Shown one piece after another: positions 14,401 through 26,798 of a stretch of 64,000 nucleotides of DNA. A model generated the notes under the pieces. It was given only the letters and a program-made list of their open reading frames with translations, was not told where the DNA came from and did not search any database. The stretch comes from Antedon mediterranea (taxonomy: Eukaryota; Animalia; Echinodermata): positions 23,684,001 through 23,748,000 of the forward strand of contig NC_092674.1 in assembly GCF_964355755.1 (NCBI RefSeq). The letters are read 5' to 3'. The position numbers and the translations under genes were made by a program. The number at the start of each line of letters is the position of its first letter. Within the stretch, counting starts at the first letter, position 1.

Positions 14401-17400
14401 CTGGTTTTTGGTCCATAATAATAGTTACTACTGTACATAGAGCATAAAACATTTTATAGATTGAATTAGGTTCACTGGCAATCCTAGATGGCTGTAAATG
14501 TTACTCTCGCACGCAATTCATGATGAATGGCACCTCTAGTTGGCCAAAAATGACACTCTCATAGCACACTAGGAATCAGCAAAACAATCCTATTTTGAAT
14601 TTAATGCGAACGTCAGGAGGAAGTCTTCGATAATAATGTACTTCTGGTATGGTAAACGATGCAAATAATATTATTAGAATGTATGTTACTCTTTTGTTTG
14701 TTAATAGAGAGGTTTTGCAATCTTACGAATACGATAACGAAAACGGATACGTCACGCACACGTATTCGTTTTCGTAAGCCATAAAAAAATCTGTTTCGCA
14801 TGGCAACAAAATATTGAGACGCGTCCAAAATATGACTGCGGTAAATTTGAGCGAAGCGCAGGTACGTGTTGCTTGGTGCTTGGCTGCCTAGGCCTAGCGT
14901 AACACCAAAGCGAGTGAGGACTTTAAAAACTGCTATTTATCAAAATTGACTTGGCATTTTAGTAAATTACTTTCAATAAATCTATAATTATATTATGAAT
15001 CATTCCGGATTCAAATGCAAAATGTGCAAAGTAGATCTAAAACTATACTCGTTTTGTAGTTACGAATATGACTGGTAATATTCGTCAACACGAATACGCT
15101 TTACGAATATGAAATGGGGATCAGCTCAAAAGTTTCACAAATGTATGACGTATCCGTTTTCGTTATCGTATTCGTAAGGTTGCGAAACCTCCCTAATAAT
15201 GTCACTGTGTCGTGTCAGTCCAATGAAGGATTTTACATTTAGTAATCGCGATCGTGAATAACGCATGGATGCCAACTATCACTCCAGTTACTGCAGATAC
15301 TTTAATTGTAATTTTCCCCTGATATTACATATTTGTGTTGATATATGTGGTGTTATATAAATACTCGCATAATGTTCTATACTTTTTAAAAATATACCAA
15401 TTAATTTGAATGTATTTTCCTCTCAAATTGTGATAAAAAATTACCACGCATATACTTTTGCTAAATGCGTGACAAATATGTGGTCATGCATTGTTTGTTC
15501 AAAATGCGTGTTTCAATAAAAATCATTTTGAAATGCAGGACCGTCCTGCACGATGCGAGACGGTTGCTAACTATGGTAACTATGGTATAGTTAAGGAAAA
15601 TGTTACTTAATATTTGATTTATTTTCTAAATTTAGGGGTACTCCTAATAAATGGGTTAAGATTAACCCAATGTAGTTATCTTTTTAACATGATCCCTTAT
15701 GATTATCAATAGATTGCTACGATATTTGGATTACTGCAGACAGATTTAGTTAATACAAACCCTGTCCTGGTCCCAATTATTGCTGTATATACTGGTGCAA
15801 CAACAAGACTTAGTATACTTTTTATTGGATTTCTCATATTAAGAAGATGGAGACAAAATCATACCACGATTACCACCGAACTAGCAACAACACAGGTATG
15901 TGAAGAGTAGCTTTTTACATCCATGGAACTGGACAGGGCTTGAACAAATTATGTTATCTACGAATCAAGCAACTTCAGATCAGATATGAACTACTGTAAC
16001 ATTGCATGGTTCATAGTTGTGGGATTTAATTGAGCATTTTAACACTCTCAACCATACAAGTATGATACTTCCTAGCTTGCTGTAAATATACATTAAATAA
16101 AACTTATAACCCACAGCAACTTTTTGCTCATTTAGAGAAACATAAACTTTATTTGAGTAATAAACCAACTCTATTATGCATTGCAGTTTTATTTTATACA
16201 GATTTTCTTTTGCCAACACCATAACTTTTGACCCAAGCTTAAAATTCAACAATATTTATTCAATATGGATCCATGTGTCTAATGTTTGTGTTTTAGGAGA
16301 GTAATCTGAGTGTTTTAAGAGTACTGAAATTTTGGTGGCCGATTGCAGTTGTTCGGGGCGTTCAAACAATCAGCAGAACGATTATTAACTTGTTTGTAGC
16401 CAGAGATCTAAATGGGTCAGATGAGGCAATTCAAGTAAGTTAATTTTATTGTAAAAATAATAACTATTGTGCAGGGGCGGATTCAAGGGGGAGCCCAGTC
16501 GGCCCCTTCTGAATTCCACAAAATGTAATGCAGAGAATAGGAATTTCACTAGTTTTAGGCCCTTCCCCCGCTACCCTTCCCCCATATTTCAAATTCCTGG
16601 ATCCACCACTGATTGTGTATTTACAGAGGGGATTAAAATGACAACACAAAAGCAGTCAAGGCATATCATTATGACTTCTTGTTAGATTTTAATTCTTCTC
16701 TAATAATTTTTAAAAAGACAAACAAAGCACTATTAAATATTCCAATGGAACAAACTACCTTTCACCTACTTACTCTCTTTCAGAGCCAACTTTTTCACTA
16801 AGTTTATTATTTTTTCAAGGCTGTAGCTGTTCTGAGCATTGTATACCCAATAGGTAGACTTCCCTTTGGTTGGATAAATGATCTCAAAACTTTACAGCCT
16901 AGTTTCCTAAAGGTAAGCCTAACAATAGAGTATAATTTGTGTCTTGTTTTTTTGTTAAAGGCCTTAGCAATTCTGAGCCTTGCGTACCCAATAGGTACAT
17001 TTCCATTCAATTGGTTAAATGATGTGAAAGCTCTACAACCTACTTTTTTAAAGGTAAGAAGTTGGAATAGTGATGTTACCATACTGGCTTACTAAGCCAG
17101 TATTTAATATCATTTTTGGTCAAATAAGACGTAATACACACACACAGAGCTTTTCAGTGTAAAGGCCAATTTACACAGACAACGAGCGGTAATGTTAATA
17201 AAAATATAGAATCTATGTTATTCTTTATGATCATTTACACACAACGCAGAGTGAACAGGTGGTTTCCCCTGGGAATAGATACAGATTTTACTTGGCAAAA
17301 CTATGCGGTTTTCAACTTACTGTTCAACTACTCGTCTGGGGAAATTTGCCTTAAGTCTTATTAAGTGTCTAAAAAAGATGTTTTGCATACTGGGGAAAAT

Positions 17401-20400
17401 ACTTGCATGTTTTTTTTTTCTGAAGAATACCATAAAATGTTGTTTTATCTTTATTTGCCTTTTAAAATGTTTGTTTAGTTTGATCCATTTAATTTTCACT
17501 ACTAAAATTTTTTATATCACTTTATTATACACACCTTAAGTAGATTCTTGTCATTTGGTTTTAGGATTGTGTGTCACTTGATATTCAATAACTACTTCAT
17601 CAAGCGTGCAATTTTGTTATGTTTCCATTGAATTCAGTTTAAATACGCGTTCATTCTTTACACAGTGAGCATGTGTGTGACATGAGGCTGTAAGACTGAT
17701 CGCGTTCCAAAATCAACCTGTCATGTGCGGCTGCTATAATTGTTCTACTGCGCGTCCAAAATTGGAGTCCTGCCTTTTCGAATGGTTTAGGCCTTGGCCT
17801 ACATTAGTCTCTCGTTAAAACTAGGTATGTTATAAAACAAATGAATAATAATTAATTTTTTTAATTTGTCCATATCACTGGAAGTTTGATTTAAAATGTA
17901 TTTATATATAAGCACTCTTCAATAAGAATGTTGCATTTGATTGGCTGTTTATTTAAATCTCTGTCTACACTATCAAACTAGTTTGACAAAAAAAGTGTGA
18001 TGTGCCCTAGTATGGTAGTGTAATGACATATCCACATTAGTTGGATCCATGATCCTCATGATTAGGTGGTTTATTGCATTCAGGTTTTTGAAATGCAAGA
18101 GTGGTGACTGATGTTGGAAAGAAACAACTTGTATTGTGTGTACACTGTGTGCTACAGTAGTACCAGTGTATTATAATGTGTTCTTGCAATGGGTAGGTGC
18201 TGCCTCATTAAATACCACCAGTCAATCTTTCAATGCATTAAAATATTTTGTCCATGCCACACTATTTCTTATCTACTTTTATTAACAATTGCACTTTTAA
18301 TATGGTTTGTATTGTTGCTTAAAATAGCTATAACCAAATATAATAAAAGGAGAAGATACAACAGTTCCGTTGGCGGTGTAAACCACATCCGGGTTACTAT
18401 TTGCCAACGCCTGAAGGTGGCGCACTTCTTTTTCGCTAGAAGAAGTGCGCCACCTTCAGGCGTAGGTAAGGTAAAACTTTTATTGTAAATATCTATAAAA
18501 ATACAAACGATAATTATTTATCAAAATGATTATCTAAAATATTAATAATTTCAAAATTAGTAGAGCACAGACGCGAGAACATCAGATCATCACGATCCAT
18601 CCAAACGTGGGATTAGACGGGAACCATATCTAGAGCCCGCCGTCGTTCGGCTGCTGGTTTCTTACGCGTCCATATGAATAAGCGTCCGCGTTTCCTATCT
18701 TTCTATGTATAACAGCGCGTACTGTTGATTCTTTACCTATTTATATTCTTTGCTATAACCTATTATTTGTAAATTCATATGCAAACTTTGTATCTATAAA
18801 TAGAGGCATCATAATCTAATTGAATGCTTTAATTATTTTAACCTTTGAACCTTAAAGCATGATAAGAGTGAAAAAGTAATGATTAAATTCATTGATTACC
18901 TTTCAGTATTTTTAATATTTATATTTGTTTCTTATAGAAAAATGAGAGCACCGTGGTAAAAAGGAAACATATAAAGAATTTTGATATATGTTGTCTTCTG
19001 CTAGGATTTGCGGTAATATAATTTGATCTTTAATAAAAAAAAAACCAAATATGACTATGCATTTTCTAATAAATAAATAACTGACGCCAATTTTATATTG
19101 TTTGTATATTATATTTTATGATTGTAGGTTTCTTCCAGTTTATTTTGGATTCCTGGAATTGTAGTTAATTTTTACACAAGTAGTTTGGGTGTATCTGAAG
19201 AGGTTGCTCAAATGTGCGTGATACCATTGAAGATATTCTCTGTGTTCCCCTTATTAGGCAAGGTTACTTTTTATATGTTCTTTTGGAGTCAAATACTTTT
19301 ATTACACTTTATTAAAATGGAACTTGGAAAGCATTATTATAATGCTATGCAAGTTAGGCTTCTTACATGGTCAATTCCATTTCAGTTATACGATGCAACT
19401 TGTGCCCAAATATGTTAATATTATGCCCAAATAAGGGCATAATCATGCTGATATATGGGCACATCACACTTTGTTGTCACATAAAGTTTAATAGTGTAGA
19501 CAAAGCTTACTGTACTAAAACGTTATGTTACAACCCTATCTGATTTTTGTTTAATAAACTTGCAAATCATACTTGTATTACTTGACTTCATTTAATTAAT
19601 TTAACTTATTTTATAATAATTGTTTTTCTTTATTTTTCTTTCTCGATTTAGTGGGATGGCGATCCCATAATACATCATGGTTGCTATTAATGAAGAAAAC
19701 CACAGCAATATTTCCTAGTGCTATTATGAGATTGGTCATATTAATTGTTGTTTTAAACGTGTTTCCAAAACTAGGGTAAGATATTTGATTGTATAATAAT
19801 GCTCTGTATAAAAATGTAATATAAAGTTACACTATCAAACTTTATGTGATGTGGCCATAATATGGACATGATGATGTCATATCACTACCATATTTGGGCA
19901 CACTTTTTTCGTCAAACTAGTTTGATGGTGTAGACAGCTTAAAACAGTAAATGGTGAAAATGTAATAATTGGAAAAAGAATGGCTTCAGCTCGGATTATA
20001 AAAGGATAACACACTGTCAGGTTTAAATTAGATGGAGTCCACATTCATGTAAATTATGCAAGTTATGTTATTTAATGTCCCAAGTAATTTTAATTAAAAC
20101 TTAATGTCATAGGTGCTAGTCGTTGCAAGTCCGAAACTCCCTATTGTTTAAGATTGGTTCCCACTAGGACGTAACGCAAGGACATAAACAGAACGTAATC
20201 GTGTTGACCAATCACAAGCAACAGTTTGAATAATCCATCGTTTGTGATTGGTCAACTAACTTATGTTGCATGTGTGTACATGACTACTGTCAATCAAGTA
20301 CTCTTAATGTTTACAATTTCTTAGCTGGTATTGAATGGTTGCATGCAGACGTGGGTGATATAGCCTGTGCTATTTACAAATGAGCATAAAGCCAATTAGT

Positions 20401-21745
20401 GTTGTAATTAAACATGTTTACATTTTATGCAATTACACTCAACATCATTTATAGTTAATACTATCATGCTCCTAATTGAAGTGTTATAAATCAGTAATGG
20501 CTTGTTTCTATGTGATGGATATTAATTACATATTTTATATTATATTTAAGAAGGATAGTGAATAAATTTGCTTATGGTTATCCATGGCAATTTGTGTAAA
20601 TATATATATATATTTTTTGGATGGCTCAAATCTAGAGCATTACACAATCGATCACTGTAAAATGTCTGGGACTGAATTATAATAAACCCAAAATACGCAG
20701 ATCTAGTCTGTGCAAAACCTCTGGGCTATTATTGATAACTGTCTGTATCTTCCTACTACTAAATTTCAAATATAACTCCCATATTTATTCGAAAAACGCC
20801 CCGTTTTGAATAAACGCCTCCCCCGAATAAGTGTCCCCTGTAAAAAAAAACGCCCCTGAGCCTTTATTATTTCCTCGAATAAACGCCCCACCACGTGCAT
20901 TATATACACAATATTGCATTACAATCCAACAGATTTCTATTTGTAGTAGAATTTATTGATTGACATGATCTACAATTTACCAAGCATTTAGATGACATTT
21001 TTTACTGTAGTTTAACACTTCTCAATATTAATTGTGTTGTATTTCTTCATATCTATGGGGAATTTATTTGATTATACATGTTACCATATTACACCCAAAA
21101 AAATAAATTCCTCCCTCAAATAAACAACTTCTAAAAATCCTCCTGGACAATAAACGCTCCGCGGTGCAGGCAAGCACAATGGCGTTAACAGCATTGAGAG
21201 TTGGCTTTATTACAGTGGTTTTTTTTAATGTTACAGGATCCATGGAGCCCCCTTAGGAATTGCAGCACTTCTGTCTGGTTTTGCAGTGGAGGCACTATCA
21301 GTACAAATAGCAGCATTCGTTGTAGAATACAAAATGGTCAGTTATTATATTTTATTCACTACTTTTTATAACAATAATATCAAGCTATTGAGCCAAAATT
21401 ATGCAATTGTATGACCCACTATACAACCCCTGGGATATCTGATATTCGGTATACCTTATGAATAGTCTACCCCTTTGTCAAAATAGTGACTTACCTTTAG
21501 GTGACCATGACACATCCATTTTAGGTTTTTTGACACACCTGTGTCGATAATTATTTTAAAATGACTCATCCATTCGAATCCTGCAGAAAAGAAGCCGTCC
21601 ACCAGTAAACAAGGAGAATGGTACCATACAGTCAAGTAACGAACAAGAAACAACAACCTTCATAAATGGAGATACAACAGATGGCCAGAAAGTTCTGGAA
21701 GAAAAAGAAGAAGATTCAGTTGAGATGAACTCATTAACCAATTGA
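8423..21745 (+). CDS. ANKH: ANKH-like transporter, paralog B, complete 12-exon gene, ~500 aa
   Basis: Exons 8423-8506 (MDHKVYWLLTKFLVPLGLTTFVTDIAEQ), 12703-12916 (VLNRGLSSAENATEMLATFGIAYSL), 13549-13667, 13904-13987, 15713-15895, 16297-16434, 16820-16912 or 16961-17053, 18938-19012, 19128-19257 (GC donor), 19652-19775, 21237-21336, 21587-21745. With one exon 7 the total is 1503 nt, in frame, with exon breaks at the positions recalled for human ANKH. Confidence 0.93.
8729..12445 (-). mobile_element. Non-autonomous Mutator-superfamily (Phantom-like) DNA transposon in ANKH-B intron 1
   Basis: Imperfect TIRs tcgtgttcggccgccaacgagttcggccgca (8736-8766) and tgcggccgaaaccgtttgcggccgaacacga (12407-12437) enclose a decayed PHD plus FLYWCH ORF. 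No clear TSD found. Confidence 0.7.
9479..10176 (-). pseudogene. Decayed, internally deleted transposase: PHD finger + FLYWCH zinc finger + MULE-like C-terminal helix
   Basis: From ATG 10176: MNDCIECREPVTEQQEGPFCEECQRWQHRRC...FID*KCREC (C4HC3 PHD with TAG at 10021-10023 where Trp is expected), then a frameshift, an intron 9806-9713, and TTKGGN/DSLVDSHGYQY...TWRCFLRNKNVTCKATV (FLYWCH) joined directly to LWDEYREGQRSV. No DDE domain is present. Confidence 0.7.
12449..12562. repeat. Direct duplication of ~55-60 bp
   Basis: ctagctagtaggccctgtcagtgtctgtatgtatactgctgtcgtccactttt occurs twice. Confidence 0.8.
13003..13067. repeat. 17-bp tandem repeat x4, probably within a Tc1/mariner MITE remnant
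   Basis: cccatattcaggggaca repeated; preceded by tagtagaacccc at about 12927, similar to the cagtagaact ends seen at 46659 and 53251. Confidence 0.6.
14006..14183. mobile_element. PIF/Harbinger-type MITE
   Basis: TIRs agcctgttttcctgtcgacgttatt / aataacgtcaacaggaaaacaggct, TAA on both sides. Confidence 0.8.
14706..15194. mobile_element. ~490-bp MITE (second copy, inverted, at 63450-63949)
   Basis: ~48-bp TIR ag.gaggttt.gcaa.cttacgaatacgataacgaaaacggatacgtca with AAT on both sides; body is the reverse complement of the 63.5-kb copy. Confidence 0.85.
16820..17053 (+). other. Tandemly duplicated ANKH-B exon 7 (7a 16820-16912, 7b 16961-17053), probable mutually exclusive exons
   Basis: Two 93-nt phase 0/0 exons with intact AG and GTAAG sites, AVAVLSIVYPIGRLPFGWINDLKTLQPSFLK and ALAILSLAYPIGTFPFNWLNDVKALQPTFLK, separated by 48 nt. 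Confidence 0.85.
17163..17351. mobile_element. Harbinger-type MITE family (other copies 45530-45648 and 47099-47279)
   Basis: Ends aggccaatttacacaga... / ...aaatt(t/g)gcct, TAA or TTA flanks, shared internal ataaaaatatagaatct...catttacaca..aacgcagag. Confidence 0.75.
18335..18752. mobile_element. P-element-like non-autonomous element with 7-bp TSD
   Basis: CTATAAC duplicated at 18328-18334 and 18753-18759; imperfect TIRs CAAA.TATAA..AAGG..AAGA.CAACAGT; internal perfect 24-bp hairpin at 18407-18463. Confidence 0.6.
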
Positions 21746-21760
21746 TATGATGATGATGTG

Positions 21761-22290
21761 GGGCGGATTGCTATAAGCGGTCTATAACCGGTCTTAGCGC
21801 TTAGCCGGCTATAATTCGTGACGTAGCAAGTAGTCTTATATTATAGACCATTGCTATACCGCGGTCTAACCTGTAAACGGTCTTTAAAATTAAAGCCTAC
21901 TCGAAGGAGTCTTAAAACAGTCTTAAACCTCTCTTTTTGTTGCTTTTACGTATTATTTATCGTCAAAGACAACCAATTGAACGAGTTTTAAGTGTTAAAT
22001 CAAATAATAACGGTAATTTTATTGTTATATAGGCCTAGAATGGATTTTCTCGCGTAGAAATGTACGTACTGTTATGATTGTGAATTGAACAAGCGTGACG
22101 AACATTACCTTATTTGGTATTCTACGCGCAAAGTACGCCCTCAATTTGTTACTTTACGCGGTCTTATCTAAGACTGGTTTATAGCAATGGTCTATCAGGA
22201 GTGGCTTTAATAAGACCGTCTATCTGATAAAGCCGGCTTTAATCGGGGAGTTAAGACCATCAGTTAAGACTGTTTTATAGCAATCCACCC
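21761..22290. mobile_element. Harbinger-like MITE 15 nt after the ANKH-B stop codon
   Basis: TIRs gggcggattgctataa / ttatagcaatccaccc, flanks GTG and CTG, subterminal ggtctta/taagacc repeats. Confidence 0.7.
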
Positions 22291-23217
22291 CTGGTCTTTC
22301 TAGTTTAAAATGCCATTTCAGAAAATATATATAGGGATCATCAAAACAAACCCCCGACTATGGACTTGGAAGGAATATATTTTATACTATATCTGATACT
22401 AAACCAAAGATTAACATTCCTAATGTTTTCTAAGATTAATATGATTAATGTATCTCAAAACATTTAACTCTAAATTCTGAAACCAAAGTTTAAAATGTTG
22501 TCTTTATAATGACATTTATAAATTATATATATAATAAAGATTTTTATAGAGTATTGTGTAGTTTTAAGATCTTTCAAAGTTTATAGAGTGGGCTTTCCAA
22601 AACATTTTTTACAGACTATTTATGACTAATAAATAGTATTAAAGAGGACAGGACAAGATTCCATTCCTTTCAAGATTACCTCAAAACATTTTGCCTTTTT
22701 TATTAAAAAAAAATTGAATACAGTATTGGAATAGAACCACCTTGTGTTATACATAGAATTGTAGAGTGATGTCTTCCACAACAACAACATTATTTAGTTT
22801 ATTGCAATAAAAATAATAATATTTGTTAAGCCAGAGACAATCGCCGGTTAATCACACACCAAAGTTGCTGAAGGTGCATATGGAAAGGCAAAAAGATTTA
22901 TCACAATTTTGCTTGCATGTTAAGTAATATAAATGCTGTGTTTTGTTTTGTTGCTATGCTATTGTGCTGCAAATATAATTAACAATTTAAAACTAAGTAA
23001 AAATGTTTACTTTATTTAACACTTTCAGTTTTTATTATAAATGTACTGAAGAATAGTAATATCGCTAATATTTAGCGTTTTGTAATTATATATAGTAAAT
23101 GTAAATGTGCATTTTATGTTAAAGTCTATATCATTATTACAGCAAGAAACATTAGGACGACATTTTACACTACTACTGTAGGGAGAAATGTGACGATGTT
23201 AGGAGAAAATAGACTAA

Positions 23218-23615
23218 AGGCCCATTTACACTAGGGCGATAACGATCGACGATAAAAAGATAAATATGCATTTTCCATACCTAAAACAAAAGAATTTTAA
23301 AAAGTTTTCATCCTAGAACTATAGGATTATCATCTATGCTGCCTTTAATGAAAATAATATTTCCACACGTCCAATCAAATGACGTCATGATTAGTAAGAG
23401 CAATAATATCGTTACAATACAACGATTTTATGGTTTTATTGATCATGACGTCATTTGATTGAGTTTTCAAAAATATTATTTTTATCAAATACAGCATACA
23501 TGATTATCCTATAGTTATAGAACGAAAAATGTTCTAATTTCTTTCGTTTTATCCAAGAAAAATGCATGTTTATCTATTTATCGTCGATCGTTATCGCCAT
23601 AATGTAAATGGGCCT
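23218..23615. mobile_element. Foldback-like Harbinger MITE (almost entirely palindromic, ~400 bp)
   Basis: aggcccatttacactagggcgataacgatcgacgataa at the left is mirrored by ttatcgtcgatcgttatcgccataatgtaaatgggcct; inverted similarity continues ~180 bp inward; TAA on the left. Confidence 0.8.
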
Positions 23616-24674
23616 TACTATTATTTTATGTGTATAAACTATATTGCTGCAGCTGATATTTTAGTATGGTATAATCATAATATAACTGACATTTTCTACT
23701 TTGTTATAAAAGTAATGATGTAAATTCATATTTAGACCTATTTGGCAATATTTTACAATTGCTTGTTTATATACTGATTACATGTTTATAGTATGAATAT
23801 TTTAAATAATGTTTAAACGTTAAATATTTTATATACTATAAATAAAATATAAACAATATTTTTTCCTGATTTTGTGTGTTTTGATTATACTGTAATTTTT
23901 TATAGTGAATCAGATCAGTGGATATACAGACAGACACACAGACAGACATACATAGCTTTCTGGTTACAAACACTGAATTGAATGTCATACTTAAAACCAG
24001 GTGACTGTGACTGACGATAAAAAAAAAACCCATAAATGTTTACATGCTATCATAAATGATTGTAAGCCTACTATATTGCACTGTTCTCAACAAAATTGTG
24101 CCCAGATGGATTAGAATAACGATTTACACATGTATAATACTTAATCCAGCTCTTTTTCTGATAAAAAAATCTGAACAGGTTATATTCTTTAAAAGATGGT
24201 TAATCTCTTTAAAAGATGGTTAATAAAATATACACAGTTTGAAAATAGTAATGAACAAAGTATTCATTATATCATGTATAAATGAGAAAGATCTATTCAC
24301 GATACGAATTGTGGGCACCATTCAGGTGCGTATTCTGGGGTTCAGAACTCCCCTCCCCTTCTTTGACAGCCAACTGTAAATTGTTGGGAGTAATAATTAA
24401 AGCTATAACTCTTAAACGTAGTTCCTGGAGGTATTGGAATTATAACTATTATCAACAGGATCTTGCTATTGAAACAAACTGATTACTCAAATTATAGCAA
24501 TTACTGATATAGATTATAATTACCAGGATAACAGACAATCATGACAACCACAACACTGGCCTGGAACTTTCTGTTAGCAAAACTAATTTAATTCCAGTAC
24601 AGACCTTCTTATGTGGTGAAATTAGACACAACTTAGTCTATTGGTTAAATGTAATTTGTATACAAACATAATAA

Positions 24675-25385
24675 AGTACAAGCAATACGTCACTAGTGAG
24701 GCGTGGTAGGCCCACTGTATATTCAAATTAGGTAATACGTCACATTCGATATAGGAAGGGTATGTACCTGTACCTATGTACCTGTACCTATGTATAATTT
24801 AAAAATCAGCAATAGGCCTACGTGATTATGACGATTTTAGGTTTTCGTTTATACGTCATAAAGGACCGGGGAGATTAGGTCAAGAATGGGGGATTGCGAT
24901 AAACAGTTCGTGATTATGACGTGTTTCGGTTGTACGTCATACAGGACAGGAGCGATTATGTCAAGAATGGGGATTGCGACAAACAGCAAAACGTGATTAG
25001 CACGTTTTTTTAGGGTTTTTGGTTATAATTACGTCATGCAGGTCGAAGATGGGGGATGGTTGTTTTGTGACAATTAACGTAAAACCAACAGTACGTTTTT
25101 ATGGTTTTCAGTTCAATACGTCCGTAAGGACCAGGACATGGCAGGATCGATTAGGTTTTGAGAATAGCCACCGGTCGATATAAGATCGTGACAAACTAAA
25201 ATCAGCTAAAATACCCATCGCACGGGACAGCAATAGGAAATGACTGTTTTGGAGGGGTATTTTTTCTATCCTATCCCAGCCTACACTTTCATAACTTTAG
25301 TAACAGTTTTATGACGAAAACGTATTGCCGTATCATCTTAGTATCTTTATAATCGCACACCGTATGGTGTGTAGATATCCAGTTA
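24675..25385. mobile_element. Possible Helitron/Helentron-like non-autonomous element with internal ~90-bp degenerate repeats
   Basis: Repeats cgtgattatgacg...tacgtcat.caggac...gtcaagaatggggga at 24820-25140; terminal hairpin cacacc-gtat-ggtgtg followed by tagatatccagt near 25380. Boundaries are approximate. Confidence 0.35.
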
Positions 25386-25661
25386 TGCCTACAATTAAGA
25401 TAATTAATTGCAAATTGGCGATAAGCGTTCTATCCAATATTTGAACCAACTAGCAAATTTAATTAAATAAACAGCTCTCTGATAACACCATGGATACATA
25501 TACATTTCAAGATACACCTGAGTGTAATCGTCACACCTGCGGTATTTAAGTTAGCTTAATTTGCAAAAACTGGGTCCACTTCAACATAACATCGATTCGG
25601 AAACGGGAGCTTCACCTCCAACAGTTTACTCCAGTAAGCACGCCTGAATGGTGTGAACGCA

Positions 25662-26798
25662 ATGGAAGCAGACGATAGCAAAATGCTGCCCGACTGTGAA
25701 TTTCACTCTAATATGTCTTTGTTAGACAGGAACGATGCCTTATATACAAATTACCAATATATAAGTACGGTGATAATTATGCCGATTCTGTTGGTAACCG
25801 GTTTAATCACGAATTCTTCTTTTATAATCATGGTTTACCGAGCTCCTGATATGCGAATTACCATAAATATGTACCTTGTTAGTCTTGCAGTTTCAGATAT
25901 TTTATTTCTGATATCGAGCATCGGGGACAAGATAGGCCGGTATCTCGCATCTCCGTTGTTTGGAGACGCTGGTAATCGTGGGACAGCTGGTTGTATTATA
26001 GTTATATTTTTTATCAACACATCATTAATGTCATCAGAACTGCACATATTAATGTTGGCGATCGAACGATATTACAGTGTCTGTGTACCACTAACAGCTC
26101 ACATCAACCCGCGAAAAAGAGCGGCAATCATTCTGACATCTACATGGTGCGTATCAGCATCGCTCGCTCTTAGCTTCATACCAGCGTGTGCTGATTATAC
26201 CCGCGTATGTCTTTGGTGGAACAGTGTGTTTGTTGAGACTTATTCATTTTGTCTCTCCATCTCATTTCAAAACGATATTGATGCTGCGATTATCTACTAT
26301 CAGATCACACAAACATTTGCCTTTTTTGTGTCAGTAATCGCAAGTAACATTCTCTACGTAATGGTGTTACGTCATTTACGTCGCGTTAACGTGTCTTTGC
26401 AAAATCGTGGTATGGCTCATACGTCACAGTACAGAAACGAACAAATACGACAACATTTCAACCGTATGCTATGTTTTAATGGTTTAGTGTATTTCTTTCT
26501 CTTAGCACCTTTCAACATCTACTGCTTGTTCTATTTTGCGTCGCTCATCAATGACGATAAGAAACTTCTAGAACCGCACGTGACGTCTATTTTGGATACT
26601 ACGTTTCGCCTTCTCGGATACGTCAATTCTTGTATCAATCCCATTGTTTACGGTGCTACTAACCCAAGATATAGGAGGGCTTTTATTAGTGCATTTTCGG
26701 TGAAAAGACGACCTACGATTGAAACTATAAGTATCGAAAAAGATAAGTCTAAAACAACATCTTTTACTAAAACTAAGTACACTACGCCCAATTTGTAA
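25662..26798 (+). CDS. Intronless class A (rhodopsin-like) GPCR 1, orphan peptide-receptor-like
   Basis: 7 hydrophobic segments; GLITN (TM1), SLAVSD (TM2), C3.25, ERY, W4.50, LAPF (TM6), NSCINPIVY (TM7). First ATG is 25662; the ORF track starts at a GTG. Confidence 0.93.
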   Translation: MEADDSKMLPDCEFHSNMSLLDRNDALYTNYQYISTVIIMPILLVTGLITNSSFIIMVYRAPDMRITINMYLVSLAVSDILFLISSIGDKIGRYLASPLFGDAGNRGTAGCIIVIFFINTSLMSSELHILMLAIERYYSVCVPLTAHINPRKRAAIILTSTWCVSASLALSFIPACADYTRVCLWWNSVFVETYSFCLSISFQNDIDAAIIYYQITQTFAFFVSVIASNILYVMVLRHLRRVNVSLQNRGMAHTSQYRNEQIRQHFNRMLCFNGLVYFFLLAPFNIYCLFYFASLINDDKKLLEPHVTSILDTTFRLLGYVNSCINPIVYGATNPRYRRAFISAFSVKRRPTIETISIEKDKSKTTSFTKTKYTTPNL

